Below, piece after piece: positions 41,655-49,700 of a DNA stretch of 64,000 nucleotides. Within the stretch, counting starts at the first letter, position 1. Each line of letters starts with the position of its first letter. Both the position numbers and the translations under genes were made by a program. Under the pieces are notes generated by a model. That model had not been told where the DNA came from. It saw nothing but the letters and a program-made list of their open reading frames with translations, and ran no database searches. This DNA is from Acidobacteriota bacterium (lineage in GTDB: Bacteria > Acidobacteriota > UBA6911): assembly GCA_963664705.1 (NCBI GenBank), contig OY761556.1, positions 6,560,001-6,624,000 of the forward strand, written 5' to 3'.

Positions 41655-42436
41655 TTGCCCAATCTGAGGCTCAAAAACAATTCGGCTCTGCGCGGAAGCG
41701 CTTCCTGCAGTCTTCTATTGAAAATTTTCTGGACCAGGAGTTCCCTCGCACCTTCGGACCAGTAATTCGCGAGAAAATGGCAGAAAAGATTGTGGCGCTT
41801 GTCGACCAACAACTACCTCCCAAGGATCATCTGCGCCCTGGACAGTGTGTTTGGAATGCCGTATCCATTGCGACCCGGCCTGACAGCCCCAACTGTCGTC
41901 TTGTCCCCATAGTCTTGACGCTTGTGGATTCTTCGGATGCCGAGCAACTGGCTCGCGGAACACCCATGTCCAGAATCGCCCAAACGTCCATCGCTCGGAT
42001 TTGCCGTGAAGCCTTTGAACAAGGAGCCTTGCTCTCGATGCGCGATATTGGCCTCTTAGTCTGGCGAGATAACGCCCACATCTCGCAGGTCCGGAAAAAG
42101 TGGGAGGCTGAACAGCAAACATCGTTGCCTCATGTCGGAACTATTCAAGATTTCGGCTCATGCATCACTCATAAGTCGGTCATTGTGCGCAAGGTTGTTT
42201 ATGAAGGGAAAGATCCCCGTCGTGCTGCAGATGAAACCAAGCACTCGCAGAGAGCCGTCGATCGTTACCTAAAAGACTTTCATCGAGTAAGAACGTGCTT
42301 CGAACATATCCAAGATGTTGAATTCGTTATCAAAACAACAGGTCTATCCAGGCAGCTGGTAAACCAATATGTCAGAATCATCATGGAAAATGAGAAAACG
42401 TTTCCTAAAGAGAACTTGACAGGCAAGATTGCTTAA
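41651..42436 (+). CDS. DUF1670-like HTH-containing protein B
   Basis: LRPGQ..IVLTL..RICREAFEQGALLSMRDI..QDFGSCITHK..TKHSQRAVDRY; ATGA overlap with gene A and its own GGGAGG RBS. Confidence 0.75.
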   Translation: MIAQSEAQKQFGSARKRFLQSSIENFLDQEFPRTFGPVIREKMAEKIVALVDQQLPPKDHLRPGQCVWNAVSIATRPDSPNCRLVPIVLTLVDSSDAEQLARGTPMSRIAQTSIARICREAFEQGALLSMRDIGLLVWRDNAHISQVRKKWEAEQQTSLPHVGTIQDFGSCITHKSVIVRKVVYEGKDPRRAADETKHSQRAVDRYLKDFHRVRTCFEHIQDVEFVIKTTGLSRQLVNQYVRIIMENEKTFPKENLTGKIA

Positions 42437-42524
42437 ACTCTGGCGCTCGGTATTTGGCTTACGGATCCAAATCCTGTGTAAAGATCCGTTGGATTCGCCA
42501 CACCAGGAAAGCAGGCGGGTGCCC

Positions 42525-43028
42525 ATGAAAAACGATGTTCTTCAGCAGCGTCGCATAGAAGCGAATATCATCCAGGCTTTATACGAGGAGCTGTCCAGGG
42601 AGATTGGCGAGGAACGGGCTCTGACGCTCATCGCGACTGCGGTCGGGAAGCAGGCCTTTCAAAAAGGAAGAGACCTGCGCACACTGCATCCTTCCGGCGA
42701 TTTATCGGTTCTTGCGGAGTTGTGGCGGAACCTTGGGGATGGCGGTGCCCTGGATATCGAATTCATTCAACAGAGCGCGGATTGCCTTCAGTTTCGCGTG
42801 AATCGTTGCGGGTATGCGGAAGCTTATGCCGAAATGGGGATCAGCCCCAGGCTTGGAGCGGTCTTGAGTTGCTCGCGGGACGAAGCTTTGCTCAGAGGTT
42901 TCTCGGAGCAAATATCCTTCGAATGCTCGAGGACTATCATGGATGGGTCGGGATTCTGCCAGTTCACGTACAGGAAACAGCCGTTGCCGTCCGACGACGG
43001 CAATGCAGTGCCTCCGCGAAATGACTAG
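42525..43028 (+). CDS. L-2-amino-thiazoline-4-carboxylate hydrolase-like (V4R-like) protein
   Basis: RRIEA.II..FRVNRCGYAE.Y..LSCSRD..GF..RTIMDG..CQF. Confidence 0.8.
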   Translation: MKNDVLQQRRIEANIIQALYEELSREIGEERALTLIATAVGKQAFQKGRDLRTLHPSGDLSVLAELWRNLGDGGALDIEFIQQSADCLQFRVNRCGYAEAYAEMGISPRLGAVLSCSRDEALLRGFSEQISFECSRTIMDGSGFCQFTYRKQPLPSDDGNAVPPRND

Positions 43029-43224
43029 CCGTCTTGCACCGCCGAGATCTAAATAATCGATAAACACCTAATCTCGTCGATTCTTCGAATTCATTCCGCT
43101 ACAATAGCCCCAAATTTCATGTTGGTTTTGATTATTGCAACGGCCGTCGGGCCGAGCATTACTCCTCGAGACCGACGACATTTCTGCCATTGTATTTCTG
43201 AAACCTCTGAGGAGGCCATTCGAT

Positions 43225-44457
43225 ATGAAGAACAATGACGCCCCGGCATCTTCTTACCGCTGGGTCATTCTTGTCGTCAGCATGCTGGCAGGATTCATCG
43301 GCAGTTATGCGCAGTTTCAGCTTCCCCCCCTGGCATACAAAATCATGCCGGCTTTGAACATTAACACGTCCGATTTTGCACTGCTGATGGGCGGGCCATT
43401 GACCGGCTCTCTGTTCATCTGCCTGATCGGTGGAAGCCTGGCGGACCGCTATGGCGTGAAAAATGTCGTCACGATAGGTCTTGTTCTTGCCGTGATTGGC
43501 TGCACCTTCCGATATGCGGTTACCTCTTTCTGGCCCTTTTTCTTCCTGACTATTCTGGCCGGCCTGGCTTCGGGTCTGCTGGTGGCAAACATCTCCAAGC
43601 TGTTTGGCGCCTGGTTTGCACCGGAGCAGATGGGAACGCTGATGGGCTCCTATATGGTCAGCCCTATGCTTGCCGGGACCATGGCTACCGCTACGACCGC
43701 ATTTTTCCCGTCGGAAAAGAGCGCCTTCATTTTTTCCGGCGTGGTTTGTTTCGTCATTCTCATCCTATGGCTCATTTTTGCCAAAAATAAGCCGGAAGGA
43801 GCCCCTGATTTGCCGAGCCTTCCCGTAACCCGGTACATTGGGAAAGCGGCTCGAAGCCGGGCGATCTGGCTGGCCGGTTTATGTTCGCTGTTTGTGATGG
43901 GTTCCATGATGACCTTCACGGGATTTCTTCCGAATGTGCTGGGAGAAAAGCCGGGTATCAGCCGACAGCTGGCGGGCTTCTGGGGGTCTCTGCCGAACCT
44001 CGGCGGCATTTTCGGCTCCTTTCTCGGCCCTATCATCTGCAAGCGCCTGGGCGTGATGAAGCCCTACCTGATTGCCGTCAGCCTGCTGGGTGCGGTTGTC
44101 ACATTCTGGTCCTGGCAACTCCCCGTGGGAGCGACGAGCTTTGTCTCCCTGATGCTTGCGGGAGCGCTGCAGAGCGCTATGCTGCCGCTGCTGCTTTCTC
44201 TTCCCGTGCTTCTGCCGGAGATTGGACCGGCCTATGCGGGGAGTGCCGGCGGCATCGTTACCACGCTGCAGGTGCTTGGAGGGATCCTGGTTCCCTCTTA
44301 TATCATCACCCGCCTGGCCGGGCCGAGCACCACAATTCTGTTCGGGCTGGCGGCAGTTTGCTGTGCGCTGATTGCAGTCCCGGCTTTATTTCTTCCCGAA
44401 CTTGGATCCAAAGCCCTGGCTGCAAAGGCTGGACAGGCAAAAGCGGCCGCTCATTAG
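43225..44457 (+). CDS. MFS transporter
   Basis: YRWVIL, GSLADRYG motif A, about 12 hydrophobic segments; GGAGG RBS. Confidence 0.92.
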   Translation: MKNNDAPASSYRWVILVVSMLAGFIGSYAQFQLPPLAYKIMPALNINTSDFALLMGGPLTGSLFICLIGGSLADRYGVKNVVTIGLVLAVIGCTFRYAVTSFWPFFFLTILAGLASGLLVANISKLFGAWFAPEQMGTLMGSYMVSPMLAGTMATATTAFFPSEKSAFIFSGVVCFVILILWLIFAKNKPEGAPDLPSLPVTRYIGKAARSRAIWLAGLCSLFVMGSMMTFTGFLPNVLGEKPGISRQLAGFWGSLPNLGGIFGSFLGPIICKRLGVMKPYLIAVSLLGAVVTFWSWQLPVGATSFVSLMLAGALQSAMLPLLLSLPVLLPEIGPAYAGSAGGIVTTLQVLGGILVPSYIITRLAGPSTTILFGLAAVCCALIAVPALFLPELGSKALAAKAGQAKAAAH

Positions 44458-44498
44458 ACTACTGGGCGACCACTCGAGCAAATCAATATACGAAGGAA

Positions 44499-44575
44499 TG
44501 CTTTGTGCAATTCGTGAAATTTGTGGCTGATTGGCAGCTCTTTTCGGCCACGAATTTCCCGAATTGCACAAAGCA
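44499..44575. repeat. 32-bp inverted repeat built of 9-mer units (CACGAATTT-like); possible terminator
   Basis: tgctttgtgcaattcgtgaaatttgtggctga / tcggccacgaatttcccgaattgcacaaagca, 29/32 complementary. Confidence 0.75.
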
Positions 44576-44672
44576 GTCGTTGGAACGCCCAGCCAAAGAC
44601 AGCTTCCCGCTTTTTTTACAAAACTTTACACACGAAAAGATAAGCCACAGGTAATACTTGGACGAGAAGAAG

Positions 44673-44725
44673 TAAGTGAGTACACGCTTAGATGCTTGAC
44701 AAATGAGTGAGTGCTCACTTAGAAT
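44673..44725 (+). promoter_or_regulatory. Sigma70 promoter with tandem TetR operators
   Basis: TTGACA (44696)-18 nt-TAGAAT (44720); palindrome AGTGAG-tg-CTCACT in the spacer and a related taagtgagtacacgctta upstream. Confidence 0.75.
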
Positions 44726-44735
44726 GTGCGACCTT

Positions 44736-45431
44736 ATGACGAATGAAACTACATCCCACACCCGAATGTCCGCTGCCGACCGGCAGCGTCAGTTGCTTGA
44801 AGTTGCGACCGGGGCTTTCTCCCGCCGCGGCTTCAAAGGCACCACTACCAAGGAAATCGCGGCGGCTGCCGGTGTAGCCGAAGCGGTTATTTTCCAGCAT
44901 TTCCCGTCCAAGGAGGCGCTTTACAGCGCTGTATTGGAATCTCATCTGGAACCCGCTGATGAACAGAAGTGGATGCAGGAAATCAGCGATTGCATGGAGC
45001 GCAACGATGATGAAGGGTTGTTTCGCTCGTTCATCCTTCGGATCCTTTTCTCCTATCGGCATGATCCGATGATCAATCGCGTGATCCTTTTCGCGGCCCT
45101 GGAAGGGCATGAGCAAGGCTTGGCTCGTATGCGAAAGCAGTTTACTCCGGTCTTCGAGCGGTTCCTGGAGTATATCGAGCGCAGGCAGCGGGAGGGAGCG
45201 CTTCTGTCTTGCGACCCGCAGGCCGTCATGATCAGCCTGGGCGGAGTGGCCCATCAATATGGGCTGATAACACAGATTTTCCGTGCGCCGATCCCCGAGA
45301 TCAGCGACGAGGAAATGGCTCGATCTTTTACGCGCATATTGCTGAGCGGTTTGCAGGCGCCGGCCCCTGCCGACGAAGCAAAGAACGACCATGCGCAGAA
45401 AAACATAGGCAACAGAAAGGCGAAGAAATAG
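44736..45431 (+). CDS. TetR/AcrR family regulator
   Basis: RQRQLLEVA..FSRRGFKGTTTKEIA..GV....FQHFPSKEALY. Confidence 0.95.
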   Translation: MTNETTSHTRMSAADRQRQLLEVATGAFSRRGFKGTTTKEIAAAAGVAEAVIFQHFPSKEALYSAVLESHLEPADEQKWMQEISDCMERNDDEGLFRSFILRILFSYRHDPMINRVILFAALEGHEQGLARMRKQFTPVFERFLEYIERRQREGALLSCDPQAVMISLGGVAHQYGLITQIFRAPIPEISDEEMARSFTRILLSGLQAPAPADEAKNDHAQKNIGNRKAKK

Positions 45432-45433
45432 AA

Positions 45434-46714
45434 ATGTCCCGATTCAGTGCAATTTTGTCCCTTGTTACCCTGTTCCTGTCGGCTTGTGCTCCTCCGAAGG
45501 GAGGCCCTGCCAAAAAAGAGAATGCTTCCAGCGAAAAGGTGGCTTATGCCACGGCACAATCGTTGGTTCGGGATGTTCCAGTTTCCTTCCAGGCCACGGG
45601 CGCATTCATTGCCGAAGACACCTCCGATGTGGCTCCGGCCATTGGTGGAAGGGTTGCCTCGACTCCGGTGGAGATTGGCGATTTTGTGAAAAAGAGTCAA
45701 TCCATCTGTGTTCTGGAACAGCGTGAAGCCCAGCTGCGCGTCGACCAGGCGAGGGCCGGCCGGGAGCAGGCCAGGTTTGTATTCAATCAGGCGCAATCGA
45801 GAGTTGGGTGGAGCGGCAGCGGGGAGTTTAACCCTGATCTGGTTCCTGAAGTGGCATCGGCGCAGGCCGCCTACGAATCCGCCCAGGCAACCGCCAGGCT
45901 TGCGGCGGCGGACGCGCAGCGGTATGCCAATCTCGTAAAGAGCGGGGACGTTTCCCAAAGCAGCTACGAGAAATTCAAGACGCAGCAACAGACTGCAGAG
46001 TCGGCGGCAAATTCCGCGCGGAAGCAGTATGAAGCGCAGGTTAACAATGCCCGCCAGAACTTTCGCGCCATTGAGGCCGCCCAGGCTTCCCTGGCAGCGG
46101 CGGAATCGCAGTTGGCGCAGGCCGAGAAGAACCTGGCGGACACGACCGTCCGGGCTCCCTTCGATGGATTTGTTACGGAGCGACCGGTATCGGCAGGGCA
46201 ATGGGTAGGAACCAATAACAAAGTTGCAACGGTGGTGCGCATATCCACGGTACGGCTTCAGTTGAAAGTGCCTGAACAGAGGGCGGCCGATGTCAAAACG
46301 GGAATGATGGTAACGGCTCGCGTTGCCGCCTATCCGAATCGGGATTTCACCGGGAAGGTGAATGCCGTGGTCCCATCCATTGATTCCAGCTCGCGCGCGT
46401 TCATGGTTGAAGCCAGGTTTGAAAATCCCAAGGCTGAGCTGCGTCCGGGCATGTTTGCCAATGCGAAGGTAATGATGCCGGGACTGGAGCCGGGCGTTTT
46501 TGTTCCTGCCCGGGCTGTTTTCTATGACAGCACGACGGATGCGAATCACATTTATACCGTAGCCAACGGCGTTGCTCATCTGAACGTGGTGCAGAAGGGC
46601 GATACCGAAGGCGATTCGATACGGGTTCTCACCGGGCTTGCGGGGAATGAGACGGTGGTCACCGATAACCAGGGCAGTCTGTACGACGGTGCCTCCATCG
46701 CTACTCGTCAGTAA
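45434..46714 (+). CDS. RND periplasmic adaptor (MFP) lipoprotein
   Basis: Lipobox LSAC, long coiled coil, VRAPFDG, LRPGMFA. Confidence 0.93.
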   Translation: MSRFSAILSLVTLFLSACAPPKGGPAKKENASSEKVAYATAQSLVRDVPVSFQATGAFIAEDTSDVAPAIGGRVASTPVEIGDFVKKSQSICVLEQREAQLRVDQARAGREQARFVFNQAQSRVGWSGSGEFNPDLVPEVASAQAAYESAQATARLAAADAQRYANLVKSGDVSQSSYEKFKTQQQTAESAANSARKQYEAQVNNARQNFRAIEAAQASLAAAESQLAQAEKNLADTTVRAPFDGFVTERPVSAGQWVGTNNKVATVVRISTVRLQLKVPEQRAADVKTGMMVTARVAAYPNRDFTGKVNAVVPSIDSSSRAFMVEARFENPKAELRPGMFANAKVMMPGLEPGVFVPARAVFYDSTTDANHIYTVANGVAHLNVVQKGDTEGDSIRVLTGLAGNETVVTDNQGSLYDGASIATRQ

Positions 46715-46730
46715 CGGAAAGGGTTTTTCA

Positions 46731-49700
46731 ATGCACGCATTAGCAAGACTCTGCATCAAGCGCCCCGTTTTCGCGACCATGTTGATGTTGTCGTTCATCG
46801 TCGCCGGCATCTTTACCTACTCGTCGCTGGGCGTAGACCGCATGCCGAACATCGATGCCCCGATGGTTACGGTGACAACGGTGAATCTCGGTGCCTCCCC
46901 GGAGGAAATTGAAACCGAAATTACCAAGAAGATTGAGGATGCCGTCAACAGCATCAACGGATTGGATGAAATCAGTTCCACGTCATCGGAAGGAATGTCC
47001 ATCGTCCGGATCGAATTCGATCTGTCCAAAAGCGGAATCGTTGCGGCTGAGGAAGTCCAGAACAAGATTAATCAGATTGTAAACCAGCTCCCTTCGAGCG
47101 CCGAGGTCCCGGTTGTTTCGAAGATGGACCCTGACGCCGGTGCGGTTCTGCAGATAGCCGTATCCGCGCCGCGTTCCACGCGTGATGTCACGATGATTGC
47201 CGACAAGCTGATCAAGCAGAGACTCGAGAACTGCGAGGGCGTCGGACAGGTTCAGATTCAGGGTGGCGCTGAACGCGAAATCCACATTGTCGTCAACCCC
47301 GAGCGTTTACGTGCGTACAACCTCACCGTTACGGACGTCTTCAATGCTCTCCGGACGCAGAATATGGAGATGCCCGGAGGAAGCGTCAAGACGGGCGCCA
47401 GGGATCTGACGATCCGCACCTCGGGGAAAATAAAGGATCCCGTTGATTTCAATAATATTGCCGTTGCTTCCCGGAATGGATACCAGGTCAAAGTCAGCGA
47501 TATCGGATATGCGCAGGACAGCACCAAGGAACCGACAACCGCGGTCCGGTTGGATGGAGTGCCGGCGGTTCAGCTGGCCATTTCCAAACAATCCGGGACG
47601 AATACGGTTGAAGTTGTGAAGGCCGTAAAAGCGCGGCTCGAACAGATCAAAGAAACGCTGCCCAAGGATATCAAGATCCAGGTGATCAACGACGGTTCGG
47701 TTTTTATCGAAGCCGCGATCAACGGCATCCGCGATCACCTGCTGGAAGGAAGCCTGCTTGCCGCCATCGTGCTGTTCTTCTTCCTGGCCAACTGGCGCAC
47801 AACCGTGATTGCTGCCATCGCGATCCCGGTTTCGATCATCTCTTCGTTCTCGCTCATGGCGATCATGCATTACACCATGAATCAGATTACGATGCTTTCC
47901 CTTACCCTGATGGTCGGCGTGGTGGTCGACGATGCCATTATTGTGCTCGAGAACATATACCGGTATATCGAGGAGAAGGGCATGGGGCCGTTTGAGGCGG
48001 CCGTCCATGGAACCAAGGAAATCGGGCTTGCGGTCTTGGCTACAACGGTATCGCTTCTGGCTGTGTTCCTTCCCGTGGGATTCATGGGGGGAATGGCGGG
48101 GAAATTTCTGAGCGCTTTCGGGTTTACCTGCGCGGGAGCGGTGATCATATCCCTGTTGGTGTCCTTTACATTGACCCCGATGCTCTGCTCTCGTTTCGTC
48201 CATCCGCCGGCCGGGAATTCGGGGCACAAATCGAAAGATTCGCGCTTTTTCCGCATGTTGGATACGACCTATACCAGGGCGCTGGTTTGGTCCATGGGAC
48301 ATCGCAAGATCATTGTCGCCGGGTGCCTCCTGGTTGTGCTCAGCATCATTCCGCTGTTCATGATGATTGGCAAAAACATGGTTCCCCGCGATGACCAGTC
48401 GCAATTCAACATCAGTATACGGTTGCCCGAGGGCAGTTCGCTGGCTGCGACAACCAAGTATTCCGAAGGTGTCGCTCGAACTATTCGCGTCCTTGACGGA
48501 GTGACCCACACCCTAACAACAATTGGCGGCAGTTCCAGCGGCGCCATCAACGAAGCCTCCATTTACGTCAAGCTGGTTGATATCAAAGACCGGGAGATGT
48601 CGTCCGAGGATCTGGCAACCAAGGCTCGCGGCATGCTCAGGAATCATCCGCCCAATATTTTTCTTTCCGTTGTCGCGGCAACCGGCATGGGCGGCGGTGG
48701 GCCGGGGATGTCCGATATTCAGTATTATCTGCAGGGACCGGATTTGAAAAAGCTCGGCGAATATTCGGATAAGCTGGTGGCTGAGGCCAAAAAACTTCCC
48801 AGCGTCGGCGATGTCGACACTTCCCTGAGAACGGGAAAGCCGGAAGTACGTCTCGATATCGACCGCCTGAAGGCAGCGGATCTCGGCGTTTCGGTGCAGG
48901 ATATCCAGCAGGCGCTCAACACCCTTGTTGCCGGGCAGACCGCCAGCACATTCAATGCAGGCGATGATCAATACGATGTTGTTGTCAGGGCGGAGAATCG
49001 GTTCCGAGGTTCGCTGGATGGACTGGATAAGCTGACGGTGGCTTCCACAAAAAATGGATCGGTTGGATTGAATGAGGTCGTGCGCAGAAGCATCAGTTCA
49101 GGACCCTCCTCCGTCAAGCGGCTGAACCGTCAGCGCATTGTGGAAATTACCGGCAACCTGATGCCGGGTGGATCCCAGTCCGCCGCCGTGTCCGAATTCA
49201 ACCGCATGATCGATAATCTGAACCTGGGTTCGGATTACAAAGGCGGAGCCACCGGCATGACCGGCGAGATGAACAAGATTTTCTATAACTTTGCGATCGC
49301 GTTTGCGCTGGCGTTCATCTTCATGTACATCGCGCTCGCCGCCCAGTTCGAGTCTTTTATCCATCCGGTTACCATTCTGATCACGCTTCCGCTGGCAATA
49401 CCCTTCGGTTTGTTCGCAATGCTGATCACCGGGCAGAGCATCAATATCTTTTCGGGACTGGGGCTCCTGCTGCTTTTCGGCATCGTGAAGAAGAACGCCA
49501 TTCTTCAGATCGACCACACCAACGGGTTGCGGGCAGCCGGGATGGGCCGCAATGAAGCGATCATTCAGGCCAACCGCGATCGTCTGCGGCCGATCCTGAT
49601 GACAACGCTTGCGCTTGTGTTCGGCATGGTGCCGCTTTTGCTGTCTCGCGGCGCCGGTTCAACAACGAACCATTCCATTGGTGTCATGGTCGCGGGCGGA

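Larger units (their letters stand above)
40623..42436 (+). mobile_element. Putative mobile element or insert carrying a tandem DUF1670-like gene pair
   Basis: Begins right after the upstream stop codon; codon usage visibly more AT-rich than the flanks; large 5' hairpin; two paralogous ORFs with a -1 slippery site. Boundaries are not defined by clear TIRs or TSDs. Confidence 0.5.

Noticed and set aside
40623-42440. Terminal inverted repeats or attC site at the ends of the DUF1670-like insert
   Set aside because: Only a weak GTCA..CTTT correspondence with unequal spacing, and CTCTAAC does not fit RYYYAAC. Not enough to call.
45254-46810. 518-aa minus-strand ORF
   Set aside because: Antisense to the MFP gene; no protein-like features.
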